A DNA stretch of 63,386 nucleotides, the filler included, from Octopus bimaculoides (lineage: Eukaryota): assembly GCF_001194135.2 (NCBI RefSeq). It is 5 parts of 4 records of this genome, joined end to end, with 100 filler letters (N's around TTAATTAATTAA, not from the genome) between each part and the next. Parts side by side here need not be neighbours in the genome. Positions count along the whole stretch, not along the records: positions 7,501 to 35,158 come from NC_068982.1; positions 35,259 to 40,919 come from NC_068991.1; 3 more parts are not named here. One strand, 5' to 3'. The notes under the pieces are model-generated. The model saw nothing but the letters and a program-made list of their open reading frames with translations, was not told the origin of the DNA and made no database searches. Each line of letters begins with the position of its first letter. Position 1 is the first letter of the stretch. Shown piece by piece: positions 25,336 through 38,551 of this stretch. The position numbers were made by a program, and so were the translations under genes.

Positions 25336-27002
25336 TCGTTTAACTTATGGCATCTTCAAAATATATTAATAAAAGCCAGCGATGATGGTTGCGTTGATAG
25401 AGTACCAAAAGATCAGCGGTTCATATACCCCGCAAAAGATGCTTGCCATTTTTTCCTGTATCCAAGGTATTCAGTGAACCTGTCCCTCTCGGTAACCCGT
25501 GGCAGGACTGTATTTTCAGACAGAAATCGCTTGCTGGAATAAAGTTCAAATCCCTCGATAGATATGAACATCAACAGATGAGATACGTCTCCTTCATTTC
25601 ACTTATATTTCAAACTTTTGCTATGACAACAACTTATAATCTATTATCTCAGACCTGATAATACAATAATATTAGATACCCTAATAGAAATGAATGTATT
25701 TTCTTATACAACATTCTAAATTATTACACACGTCTTGTATAAAACATACATAATACACATTGTCACACGTATATACTGATATAACACATCAATATAATTT
25801 ACATCATATATAACATACATGATGCATATTACATCATGTATATAATATGCATAATAACAGACAGCATCAGATACTGCTTGTATAATATGCATCTTGTATA
25901 TATAACATATACCATGTGTAACATACATGATGTATAACCATCTGTGTATCATATTTAATGTATAGACACTGTTGATAGACCAATTACTACGGTATTCGTC
26001 CTCAGATGTATTCTCTTATGGACTACAATAATTATCAGAGGGAGATGAAAATTTGTCTTAGAGCAGCTAGCGAGAATACCAGATGCATTTCAGCCTTTTT
26101 GCGCCTTTTCAATAGTGTGTACTCCCAGCCAGCCACATGCCCGCACAAGATTTCATTGCCTCTGATATAGGAAAAGATAAATAAAACATTCACTGATGTT
26201 GCAAGTAGCCGATCGGCTAGATAAAAATCCAGCATACATGGTGTATAATGCACAAGAATAATAATCAGTATGTATAACATACATCTTGTATAGTATATAG
26301 CATATTTAACACACTACGTGTATAACATACGGTATTTGAACTCAGAACGCAAAGACACGGAATCAAATAGCACAAGGCCTGATATTCTTACTGTTCCACC
26401 AACTAACCCCTCCCTGAAATTGTACTGTAATAATCTACCCCGAAAGGATGAAAGGGAAGACTGATTCTCTTGTTGACTTCTCATCATATATTTTATCCCA
26501 GAGGCAACTAAATCAAATGAAATAACTGAGAATCGGACCCCTGCTTGTCTCGTTGCGAATTTGGTATGATAGTGCCTGAAAAGTGAATGGATGACATTTC
26601 ATTAAATACGTTAATTTCTCATTTAAATATTTTTCCATCAGCTGTTTCGGATTAGCTTAGGCAAAGTCCAGTCTAGTCCGGCCTCGATATTACTGTAAAT
26701 ATTCTTTTCAAACCATAATTGAATTTCTGTCTCAATAAAAGACTGTTTTAGCGTTCCTCCAATAACTTGAAGTTTTGCAAACATTTGACAGCAAAGATTG
26801 ACACTGTTTATATTTACTTTCTAACACTGCACAATCATCTTAACAGATATTGATAACTGTCAAAGAGACAGAAGACTGGCGAAGTGAATTTGAATATTAA
26901 CTGTGGCACAGCATCCTATGATGTGTGAAATCTTCTAAGAAGGTTTTTGCCGCTAAATACTAATATCATTCGTTTGTGAACAGGAGCGAATTGAAGAAAG
27001 AA

Positions 27003-27050
<48 letters not shown>

Positions 27051-27809
27051 NNNNNNNNNNNNNNNNNNNNNNNNNNNNNNNNNNNNNNNNNNNNNNNNNN
27101 NNNNNNNNNNNNNNNNNNNNNNNNNNNNNNNNNNNNNNNNNNNNNNNNNNNNNNNNNNNNNNNNNNNNNNNNNNNNNNNNNNNNNNNNNNNNNNNNNNNN
27201 NNNNNNNNNNNNNNNNNNNNNNNNNNNNNNNNNNNNNNNNNNNNNNNNNNNNNNNNNNNNNNNNNNNNNNNNNNNNNNNNNNNNNNNNNNNNNNNNNNNN
27301 NNNNNNNNNNNNNNNNNNNNNNNNNNNNNNNNNNNNNNNNNNNNNNNNNNNNNNNNNNNNNNNNNNNNNNNNNNNNNNNNNNNNNNNNNNNNNNNNNNNN
27401 NNNNNNNNNNNNNNNNNNNNNNNNNNNNNNNNNNNNNNNNNNNNNNNNNNNNNNNNNNNNNNNNNNNNNNNNNNNNNNNNNNNNNNNNNNNNNNNNNNNN
27501 NNNNNNNNNNNNNNNNNNNNNNNNNNNNNNNNNNNNNNNNNNNNNNNNNNNNNNNNNNNNNNNNNNNNNNNNNNNNNNNNNNNNNNNNNNNNNNNNNNNN
27601 NNNNNNNNNNNNNNNNNNNNNNNNNNNNNNNNNNNNNNNNNNNNNNNNNNNNNNNNNNNNNNNNNNNNNNNNNNNNNNNNNNNNNNNNNNNNNNNNNNNN
27701 NNNNNNNNNNNNNNNNNNNNNNNNNNNNNCTTCTTTAGCCTGGAGAGTCGGTGTTTCTCCTTTCCCTATCCACTGTCTTCAGCATTTAACATTTTTATAG
27801 AGAAGCCAT

Positions 27810-28179
27810 TTCTCGTCACCAGTCAGTGTTCGGTTCAAAAAAAGGTTCATTCGTTAGAGGTGACAGCAAAGAAGAGCACACATTCACTCTCTGCGCGCGA
27901 TTAGACTCGGAAAATTTGTGAGGAACCCATTGACCTAATTTGCTGACTTTTTCGATGGTAAGCAGGTGTCGATGAATGGTTGAATGATCAAATCCAAGTT
28001 TTTCTGCTAGTTCCTCAACGGTTACGATGGAATTTTGTTCTATCAGGGTTTGCAAGACGTCCTCGTCGAGCTCTACAGATCTTCCAGGACGAGGCTTGTC
28101 TTCTAGACTGGCTTACACTTATTGTCTGATCCCTATATACTGCATTAATATTCCTCGCACTTCCCGTTGTGTTGTTGTG
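27810..28179 (-). mobile_element. Mariner transposase N-terminal fragment
   Basis: NNTTGSARNINAVY.DQTISVSQ, RPGRSVELDEDVLQTLIEQN, TVEELAEKLGFDHSTIHRHL and SKLGQWVPH (WVPHEL-type motif). Confidence 0.9.
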
Positions 28180-29695
28180 CACCATTTCCAACACTTCTGT
28201 CGCCTTTCTCGACATTTCGATCAATATACACAACTCCACTCTCACTACTTCCATCCACTACAAACACACCGACTCACACTCGTACCTCAACTTCTCCTCC
28301 TCCCACCCTATCCATACCAAGCTCTCCATCCCCTACTCCCAATTCCTCGTCTGCGCAGGTTCTGCAGTGACAACCATGACTTTGAGACTCAGTCTCAACT
28401 CATGGCTCACCACTTCATCCTTCGTGGATATCCCCTCACCACCATCCACACCGCCCTTGCCAGAGCACTTCCGTGGATCGTGCCTCTGCTCTCTCTCCTC
28501 ACATCCGCCTCGCCGTTATCCGTCTCCCGTTTCTCTTCACCTACCACCCCTCCACCCTGCCTCTCTAACGCGCCATTCTCTGAACCTTCCGTTGACTCCA
28601 GTCCGACCCCTCCACCTCGTACATCTTCCCCAACCTACCCCCTCCTTCAAACGAGCCCACAACCTACGTAACCTCCTGGTCCACAGTTTTTTCCCTAACC
28701 CCACCTGTCAACCTGGATCGTTCCCCTGCTCCCGTCCACGCTGTCGCATTTGCCACTACCTCGCCAATACCACGATCCTCATAGGCACCCATCATCGTCC
28801 CTATTGCATCACTGACTCCTTTACATGCACTTCTAGCATCGCCATTCACTGCATCTACTGCTCTTTATATCCTTCTCTGTACATCGGTCAAACGGGACGC
28901 CGCTTGGCTGACCAGTTCGCGGAGCACCTCCGAGACATTAGACTCGGCAATGACACCCCGGTCTCGCGTCATTTCCGCTTTACTGGTCATTCATTACAAC
29001 ACCTGTCTGTGTTTGGATTGTCTTTGTACGCTTTCGCCGTGAACAAGAATTAATCTTCTCTCTTCGCTCCTCTGCGCCATATGGGCTCAACTCCCCTCCC
29101 CTCTTCATCTGACTCCCCCCTCTCCTCTCTTCATCTCACACTTCCTCTCTTCACTCCTATCCACCTTCTGCCTTCATCGTTACCTCCTCCATCCACACCC
29201 CACCCCGACACATCCCATTCCCACATATACCATTCCTACCCCCACACCCTCACCCTAAACCCACACCTCACCTTCGCATCCCTACACCCCAACACCGGCA
29301 CACCACATCACACACTACCACACCACACACACACTAGCACTGACCACTTTCCAGCACACACCATCATCCACACACCCACACATTACAGATGTATACACTT
29401 GAACACGCACACATCCACACGTCAAAGTCGCCAGCCCTTATCCACACGCACACACTAACACACTCTTGCATACACAACGCACGCGCAGTCTTCGTTTTGA
29501 TTTCACCAATACTTTATTATCTCCTCTTCTTCCTAGCTCTCCTGTCTAACTACCTCTGTCCAGCCAGCCGCCATGATTGACCGCTAGCTCCAAAAGGTTT
29601 TTTATTATCTCTCTGTTTATTTCCTCGCGTTCCTTTCGTGTTTCGTAGGCTCGAAACGTAAAAGACTTTCTCACCTTCCCGAGCGTTAAACTAAT
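28180..29695 (+). mobile_element. 5'-truncated Neptune-like Penelope element (RT thumb, linker, GIY-YIG, long 3' region)
   Basis: VAFLDISI, HYKHTDSHSYL.FSSSHP.HTKLSIPYSQ, RLRRFCSD, FKRAHNLRNLLVHS, CSRPRCRICHYL, LYIGQTGRRLADQFAEHL and VSRHF. Confidence 0.9.
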
Positions 29696-30431
29696 NNNNN
29701 NNNNNNNNNNNNNNNNNNNNNNNNNNNNNNNNNNNNNNNNNNNNNNNNNNNNNNNNNNNNNNNNNNNNNNNNNNNNNNNNNNNNNNNNNNNNNNNNNNNN
29801 NNNNNNNNNNNNNNNNNNNNNNNNNNNNNNNNNNNNNNNNNNNNNNNNNNNNNNNNNNNNNNNNNNNNNNNNNNNNNNNNNNNNNNNNNNNNNNNNNNNN
29901 NNNNNNNNNNNNNNNNNNNNNNNNNNNNNNNNNNNNNNNNNNNNNNNNNNNNNNNNNNNNNNNNNNNNNNNNNNNNNNNNNNNNNNNNNNNNNNNNNNNN
30001 NNNNNNNNNNNNNNNNNNNNNNNNNNNNNNNNNNNNNNNNNNNNNNNNNNNNNNNNNNNNNNNNNNNNNNNNNNNNNNNNNNNNNNNNNNNNNNNNNNNN
30101 NNNNNNNNNNNNNNNNNNNNNNNNNNNNNNNNNNNNNNNNNNNNNNNNNNNNNNNNNNNNNNNNNNNNNNNNNNNNNNNNNNNNNNNNNNNNNNNNNNNN
30201 NNNNNNNNNNNNNNNNNNNNNNNNNNNNNNNNNNNNNNNNNNNNNNNNNNNNNNNNNNNNNNNNNNNNNNNNNNNNNNNNNNNNNNNNNNNNNNNNNNAT
30301 ATATATTTCTCTCTCTCTCTCCCATACGTATTTACATATATGTGTTTACATAAGTATGCATATGTGTGTGTATATGATTGAATGTATATATGTATGTATA
30401 TGTGTATATATGGTCAAGTATATATACGTGT

Positions 30432-30660
30432 GGGTGAAGAAGCGTGGCTTAGTGGTTAAAGCGTTGCACTCATGATCGCAAGATTGTGGATTCGATTCTA
30501 TAACAGGGCGAATGTTTTTGAGCAAAATATTTCATTTCACGTTGCTCCAGTCCACTCGACTGACAGAAATGAGTAACCTTCCTACGGACTGACTCCCGTC
30601 CAGGGTGTGGGGATATATATATACGTCACGGAATCCAGGAAACCGGCCTTATGAACCTTT
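30432..30660 (+). mobile_element. tRNA-derived SINE
   Basis: A-box TGGCTTAGTGG, B-box-like GATTCGATTCT, then non-tRNA body TTGCTCCAGTCCACTC...AAATGAGTA. Confidence 0.75.
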
Positions 30661-31192
30661 CATCATCTTTTATATATGTATACATGTACGTATATGTGTG
30701 TATATATGTTATGTATGTGTAAATATGTATATTATGTATAAGAGAGAGGAATTGCTAGAATCGTTACAGCGTCCGATAAAAATCCTTGTAATATTTGTTT
30801 AGTTCTTAGAACTCTGTTAGAATCCTTCCGAGTTCCATTTAAATGCTTGTCAAGGATTAAGGTCAGTTTTTCACGCTCACCTTCTCTCTTCTCCTTCTCT
30901 CTTCTCTCACTAGTTCTCCCTCCGTCTCTTTTTATCTGTCCTCTAGATCCCTCTCCTATAACGTTCACTCTCATTTTCCTCTCTCTTCTTTTCTTTCTCC
31001 TTTTTCTCCTCCTTTCTTGTCGTTTCCCTCTTATTCGTTATTCTTTTCTGTCTCCCTCTCCTCTCTTTTCTTCCCCTTCTTTCTCCTCTTTTTTCTCGAA
31101 GCCAATTATGTTCTACAATAAATATGGTGGTGGCAGCCAACTCAGCGTTTCTTTCTCCATAAATGGAGAAAAATCAAAAGAGAGGTTAATCG

Positions 31193-32060
31193 TGCGTCTA
31201 CTTTTAGGAAATAAAACAGATAAGCTATCAGAACCGTAGTTGAGTGGATTGGAGTGATGTATAAAACAGCCCAAACAAATTTGAGCAAAGATGGTGTTCA
31301 AAAGTTGTTATTAAAATATATAACTATTATATAGTTATTAAAATATATCATTCCTTTTCTTTATTTTTAAAAAGAATTATATCCAACTTAACATGGATAT
31401 CTTGCTAGAACACCGAATACTGCTTTATTACCCTTTATAGATCTTCTCATGTAGGCATTTGGTGCATAAAACCACACACATAGCTCTCGGCAGACGAGAA
31501 TCGTCTGTCATGTATGCCGGGACTCTCATATCACGCGATATCATTCTATTGGAAGTCATCAGTGGAATGCGTTTGGTTACTGCATGCCAGTTAAATCTCG
31601 TTGGTACTATATATATAGAATATCAGCGTCTTTTCAGACACTGATTTCGCAAATATCCAGTAGGCTCATTAAGAATTAACTATTAGCAACAGAAGCAGCA
31701 TTAATACCAAAAGATAATCTTTATATCCAACTTAACTTATATTTTTATAAATATAAAAATGATATATTTTAGTAACTATATAATAAATAATTTTTTTTTA
31801 ATAACTTTTGAACGCCATCTTTGCTCAAATCCGTTTGGGTTGTTTTATACAATAGTCCAATGCACTCAACTACGGTTCTGTTTTGTTTCCTAAAAAGTAG
31901 ACGCATTACTAGTCTGTCATTAGAACACTGAATACTGCATTATCAGCAACGAGAGATCCACTCACATAGGTGCATGGTGTATAAAAGCACAGGCATAAAT
32001 CGTAGCAGACGAAAATCTTCAGTCATGGGCGCTGAAACTCCTATATCACGTGGTATTAAT
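31193..32060. repeat. Composite inverted plus direct repeat array of unknown family
   Basis: 31193-31372 is inverted at 31742-31905. TTATATCCAACTTAAC is direct at 31377 and 31721. 31406-31545 is direct at 31921-32058. Confidence 0.8.
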
Positions 32061-32986
32061 TGGTATTTATAATACTTCTATCATAATAATTCTACTTCCG
32101 TCGTAACTAGATATCAAAGTATGTTATTCTTTATAATATATTCATTTCCCATTTAGATGGCTCCCAAAATTTGCCGACTTTGTTGGTATATATTGATATA
32201 CATATCGTTATATGTGAGTAATATACAATCATGCATATATCGATTCATAATGTGTGTGTGTGTGTTCGTGCGTATATATATATNNNNNNNNNNNNNNNNN
32301 NNNNNNNNNNNNNNNNNNNNNNNNNNNNNNNNNNNNNNNNNNNNNNNNNNNNNNNNNNNNNNNNNNNNNNNNNNNNNNNNNNNNNNNNNNNNNNNNNNNN
32401 NNNNNNNNNNNNNNNNNNNNNNNNNNNNNNNNNNNNNNNNNNNNNNNNNNNNNNNNNNNNNNNNNNNNNNNNNNNNNNNNNNNNNNNNNNNNNNNNNNNN
32501 NNNNNNNNNNNNNNNNNNNNNNNNNNNNNNNNNNNNNNNNNNNNNNNNNNNNNNNNNNNNNNNNNNNNNNNNNNNNNNNNNNNNNNNNNNNNNNNNNNNN
32601 NNNNNNNNNNNNNNNNNNNNNNNNNNNNNNNNNNNNNNNNNNNNNNNNNNNNNNNNNNNNNNNNNNNNNNNNNNNNNNNNNNNNNNNNNNNNNNNNNNNN
32701 NNNNNNNNNNNNNNNNNNNNNNNNNNNNNNNNNNNNNNNNNNNNNNNNNNNNNNNNNNNNNNNNNNNNNNNNNNNNNNNNNNNNNNNNNNNNNNNNNNNN
32801 NNNNNNNNNNNNNNNNNNNNNNNNNNNNNNNNNNNNNNNNNNNNNNNNNNNNNNNNNNNNNNNNNNNNNNNNNNNNNNNNNNNNNNNNNNNNNNNNNNNN
32901 NNNNNNNNNNNNNNNNNNNNNNNNNNNNNNNNNNNNNNNNNNNNNNNNNNNNNNNNNNNNNNNNNNNNNNNNNNNNNNNNNNNNNN

Positions 32987-33047
<61 letters not shown>

Positions 33048-33344
33048 GTATAGATGCATATACATGTTAGGTTATATATATATTCAGTATATATACCCTG
33101 TGCACTCACTTCATTCTAATACAGCAGGTAAATATGAATAAAGCAAGCCACGCATAAACTTTTCCTATACAAAGACGAAACACACGCACGGGAAAAAAAT
33201 TATGCAAGATATTACAATATTTATATACAAAGAGCATACTTATTTGTAAACATGACTTTAAACTTGGATCACGAAGACAGATGCAAGCACAAAGAAAAAT
33301 GAAGGAAAGGCAACGACAACAATAATCAGTAAAAGTACTAACAA

Positions 33345-33365
33345 TAATGATGATGATGATAATAG

Positions 33366-33442
<77 letters not shown>

Positions 33443-33498
33443 CCAACAACAACCACAATAACAACACCAACAACAATAATAATAATGATGACAATAAT

Positions 33499-33558
<60 letters not shown>

Positions 33559-33575
33559 AATAATAATAATAATAT
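33345..33575. repeat. (AAT)n/(AAC)n trinucleotide array
   Basis: Seen directly. Confidence 0.95.
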
Positions 33576-34218
33576 AACATGAAATGATAAAGAAGGAACA
33601 TACATGAAAGGAAATGAAAGCAAGACCATTTTCGGGCTCAATTTATTGAGCGGTGTCTGTATCTAATACTAGGATTAACCTAATTAGATATGCACGGGTT
33701 TTTCCAATTCTCACACAATATGGCCGTTCATACTCAATGGTTAGTCGAAATCTATGATAACAGCACACAGGATGACAGAGCGTATCGTTCGTTTCTTGCA
33801 TACGTAAATAGATTAGCGTCCGCCATCTTGCTAGATAAAAGCTAAACCACTTGCCAATTAACCGGATCGATTTTATTGATCTTGGCGACAGTGTTGCAAT
33901 GTATCAGCTTCCTTGTTAAAGATCAAAGTAGCACTTCTGTTATGTCTCTGCTATAGATTCTTTAGATGAGATTTTCTAAAGCCTCATAGATAGTCACCTG
34001 TATGTGGCGTCAATTATTAGTGTATACGTGCATTTGTATATGTTTGTATTAGTCACTCACTCCTATTCTCACCCACTTTCTCTCTTTCTCTCTCTCTCTC
34101 TCTCTTTCTCTCTATCTCTCTCCCTCCCTCTCTCTCTCCCTCTCTCTCTCCCTCTCTCTCTCTCTCTCTTTCGTGCGCTTTTCATTTGGTATGTGAATGT
34201 GTATGTAAATATATATGC

Positions 34219-34258
<40 letters not shown>

Positions 34259-34500
34259 NNNNNNNNNNNNNNNNNNNNNNNNNNNNNNNNNNNNNNNNNN
34301 NNNNNNNNNNNNNNNNNNNNNNNNNNNNNNNNNNNNNNNNNNNNNNNNNNNNNNNNNNNNNNNNNNNNNNNNNNNNNNNNNNNNNNNNNNNNNNNNNNNN
34401 NNNNNNNNNNNNNNNNNNNNNNNNNNNNNNNNNNNNNNNNNNNNNNNNNNNNNNNNNNNNNNNNNNNNNNNNNNNNNNNNNNNNNNNNNNNNNNNNNNNN

Positions 34501-34537
<37 letters not shown>

Positions 34538-34554
34538 TATACATACATATACAC

Positions 34555-34586
<32 letters not shown>

Positions 34587-35003
34587 TCACACATATGCTT
34601 GTGTATTTAGTGCAGAAGTGTCTAATAACAAGACGCAATTTAAAATTATAACGTCATATGATCTGTAATACTCTATACTATGTATGCATGTATATGTGTG
34701 TGTATATATATATATATAGATACATACATACATATATTAGGTATACATACATATATATGGCATGTGTACATATGTGTATCAGTATATGTGTCTGGTTGTA
34801 AATTTACATATATGCTAATATATTCTTTATATGCATACATCTATGTATGCCTGCATATATTAAGGGTGTACTTGATGGACTAACATCTAATGATGCATAA
34901 ATATACAAATATGTACATGAGTTATTTATTTACATACATTTACGCAATATCTACAAATATACATTATATACAAAAAGTGTTCTTTAAGTTGACACTATTC
35001 AAG

Positions 35004-35034
<31 letters not shown>

Positions 35035-35258
35035 GTATTGTATTATTTTCATATGCTCAATTATATACAGAAGCAAAACTTATATTCTGATTGATGAAAG
35101 AAAACGAGTTGGTGAATCAGAACCCATTTGATTAGCACCTTTCTACTCCGCTGCACACNNNNNNNNNNNNNNNNNNNNNNNNNNNNNNNNNNNNNNNNNN
35201 NNTTAATTAATTAANNNNNNNNNNNNNNNNNNNNNNNNNNNNNNNNNNNNNNNNNNNN

Positions 35259-35576
35259 GTAGTGTTTTTACCTGGCACGAACCCAAACTGCATCTCATCT
35301 AAATTGATTCGCTCCCTAATTAGTTGGGCTATGACCCTCTCCGTAACTTTCATAACCTGATCTAACAGCTTGATGCCTCTGTAATTATTTGTATCTAAAG
35401 CGTCACCTTTACCTTTGTAGCAGTTGACTATGATGCTGCTACACCAGTCATTGGGTATGACTCCTTCGTGTATCACCTGGTTCGTAATACGGGTGACTAG
35501 GCTATAGCCAACACTGCCAGATATTTTGAGCATCTCTGCAGTGATTCCTGATGGGCTGAGCATCTCTGCAGTGATT
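35259..35576 (-). mobile_element. RTE LINE RT fragment (better-preserved copy of the 2803 family)
   Basis: Open frame PSGITAEMLK...IPNDWCSSIIVNCYKGKGDALDTNNYRGIKLLDQVMKVTERVI...QFGFVPG. Ends in a gap. Confidence 0.92.
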
Positions 35577-35779
35577 ATGTGTGTGTGTGTGTGTGTATAG
35601 AGAGAGATTCAGTTGAATAAGGTACTTAAAAGTAAGGTACCAGGTTAGGTCAGAATAAAATGCATACAATAAAAGACTTGTGAACCTAGAATAAATCTAA
35701 AGGACTATAAAAAGAATTTTCATAATAACCCTTCTGTTAGGCCTATATGTCCTACTAGATCTGATATTGGTTGACTAAG

Positions 35780-38537
35780 TAAGTTTATTCTTGATAAAAT
35801 TATGTCCTTATTAATTCCAAAAATGCCACTTAAATTATGGTTTAATACAGGTGAAGTCATACATTTGTTCACCTCATTAGACAATATAAGTAAGAATTCA
35901 TTTCTTCAATTCGACATCAACACATATTATTCTAACATTTCTCCTGTATTCCTTATCAAAGCCCTGATTTTTGCTAGGAATTTCTCTTCTTTGACTAAGG
36001 ATAAGATAGATATAGTTCCTATTAGCTAGGAAGATTATCATTGAATTTGAAGGTAAACTATGGACGAGAGCGATATCTCTGATAATTTCAGTATCACCAT
36101 GGGTTCAAGTGACTCAGCCTAAGTTCTTATCTAGTTGGGGGCCTACCTCCAGCACTGTCTTGGTATTGAGTTCCCTGATCTTCATGGTGGTCTTTATAGG
36201 GATGATGCATTATTCGTTATACCAAAGAACAGTAAGGTTGTCTTAGAAAGGACATGTAAAAAACTTACGAAATTCTTTAGAAACTTCAACTTAGATTTAA
36301 CCTTTGAGTATGACACCAAAGTAGTAAATTTAAACAGATTTAAACCGGAATTCTAGATTACATAATCCGTAAGGAAAACTGGAAGAAATTACTTGGTACA
36401 TAAACATATTTTCCAGTCACCCCACTTGTGTATTAAAATCATTAATAAAGGGAATCTATCCAAGGCAGGCTATAAGCAAGATATTGCTTTTGGAAACTTT
36501 GACTGTAAGAATGCCTATTATAACAAATTAGCACATAGACAGATTAGTGAAAGTAAATCAAGTGATAAAGTAATATGAATATTGACCAACCTAAAAATCC
36601 AACTGAATCTAAAGTAATAAGTAACCTAATATCTAGGTTTAGTAGAGGTGATCCTGTTAGACCAAATAGAATCTCTAGCCAGAATAATAGCAATAAAAGT
36701 TTGAATAATAAAGTTAAAATGTTGTCTAATAAGCACACCAAAAATGATGCCAATACTAGCTGTTGCAATAATGTAAATATTTATAGTAATAACATAAACA
36801 AGTGCACAGGTCTGGTAAATGCAATCAACAGTAGTAAAGATGATGTAATCTGATATAATATGCCTTTCAAATGTGCTTTAGCTACTTATTTCTGTAAGAA
36901 ATTTCTTTAGATATTAGATAAAAATTTCCCCCCTTTGCATAAATATAACCATTTAGTCTCCTGTAGGAAAATTACAGTCTCCTATTCTACCCTCTTTAAT
37001 CTAGGTACAATACTAGCTGGCCTGAATAAGAAAAATATAACACTTGCCCATAGTAATGATGATGGTAGTAATAGTATTAGTCCTCACTAACACTTGTAGT
37101 AAACTGAATGATATATAACACTTGTAACAAACTAATGACAAAAATAACACAAGTATTAAGTGTCCCCATAACTTTAGGAATAGTGGATTTTTTAAATAAT
37201 TGTGAGGCTAATAGATTTAATGCAGCTACACCTAATACTAGGAGTAATATTGATAGTAGTAGTAGCAGTAGTAGACAAAGTAAGGCTGTGAATAATATAG
37301 TGGAAGCCACGCACTTGTACTCAATGACTGGCTGGAGCCATGACCCACTTTTCGCTAGATCTAAATTATGCTCTTATAAACATGCCTCTGTTTCACCTTC
37401 AGCTAGAAGTAATAGGAACCAACAGAATGTAAATAAGGATGCCAGTAGACAATCTGTGATACCTTCTACCTGTATACTCTGGTTGCATAACCCCTAACGA
37501 TGTTAATCATAACCTGCAGATGAATATGCCTAATATAGCAAATAAGAATAATAACCAAAGTAGTGTAAACCAGTGGCATAGCTAGGGTAAACTGTGCTTG
37601 GGGCAAGCCACAAAAATGTGCCCCCACCATCACCATTACAAAATCCATGATATTATACAGTACTTATTTGTTACAAGTAATTAATGTTTCAAAGCAATAT
37701 TTTAGGAATAAATACTTTACCAGGGTTCATTTACCTGCCGGTTCAATACAGCCTGTAAATCAAAATATATTTTTTGAATGTTTACTTTTATGAGACCTCC
37801 TTATTTTAACCATTTAATGCACCAGCTTCCCCAATTGAAACATTAAAAAACCTAATGTATGAAATGAAATGTAATAAAAAAATACAATTATTTAAAGTCT
37901 CATCTTTCTTGCTTTTGATGAGGTACCTCCCTTCAATCTGCATCCCCCTTCAATCTGCACCCCCTTCAATCTGCACTTCCCTTCAATCAGCACTCGGGGA
38001 ACATGTTACACTACTGGTGTAGACATAACCCCTAACAACTCTATAGACATTAGTAGCATTCCATATGATAATTCTGTGAGCAAAAGTAATATAGAAGTGA
38101 AAACTAGTAATAATGATAACACCACTACCAAAAGCAAATGTAATTGTAAAGATAAAACCATTGTTTGCTCTTAGGTCAGTGTTTAGCCATGAATGTAATA
38201 TATAGCTGTTCAGTTACAACAGATACTAATAACTTCACTTGTGTAAGTTGCTCAGTTGATATGAAAATACAATTGCATAATCATTTTGTGTCTTTTGGAC
38301 TTAGACATAAGGCCAATAACATGTCATTATCTATGAAGGTCTGGGAACTCAAAGACAACAATATTAAATTCAGTTTAAGGTGGAATATAATTTGTAGGGG
38401 GGTGCAGACTATGCTGTATGAAGCTACAAAATATTTAAATATAGAAATAAGGACAACTTAATAATAAATTAAACTTTAGGGTTTCGTGTGTTCATAGAAT
38501 CACCCATACTTTTAAATATTTTAAAAGCATTACCTAA
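35780..38537 (+). mobile_element. Decayed Hydra-like Penelope element with long Asn/Ser-rich linkers
   Basis: WFNTGEVI, FLQFDINTYY, ITMGSSDSA, GGLYRDDAL, KFL.ILDKNFPPLHKY...ITVSYS, KCNCKDK, GQCLAMNVIY, LSMKVWELK, RWNII, CRLC and SCVH. Confidence 0.85.
37571..38016. mobile_element. hAT-like MITE inserted in the PLE
   Basis: 8-bp TSD GTGTAAAC / GTGTAGAC. Ends are CAGTGGCATAGC and rc CAGTAGTGTAAC. Four subterminal CCCTTCAATCTGCA repeats (37929-37993). Removing it restores the PLE reading frame. Confidence 0.85.
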
Positions 38538-38551
38538 TCAACTAGTCCCTG

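Noticed and set aside
25330-26280. Two non-repetitive patches with 50-80 codon open frames on the minus strand
   Set aside because: No recognisable homology, and acceptor/donor pairs are ambiguous. Not supportable without expression data.
33820-33829. YY1-like CCGCCATCTT in a CpG-containing unique patch
   Set aside because: A single 10-mer with no other promoter evidence.
37929-37993. Four short CCCTTCAATCTGCA repeats (CRISPR- or iteron-like at first glance)
   Set aside because: No unique spacers. They are subterminal repeats of the hAT-like MITE in a eukaryotic genome.
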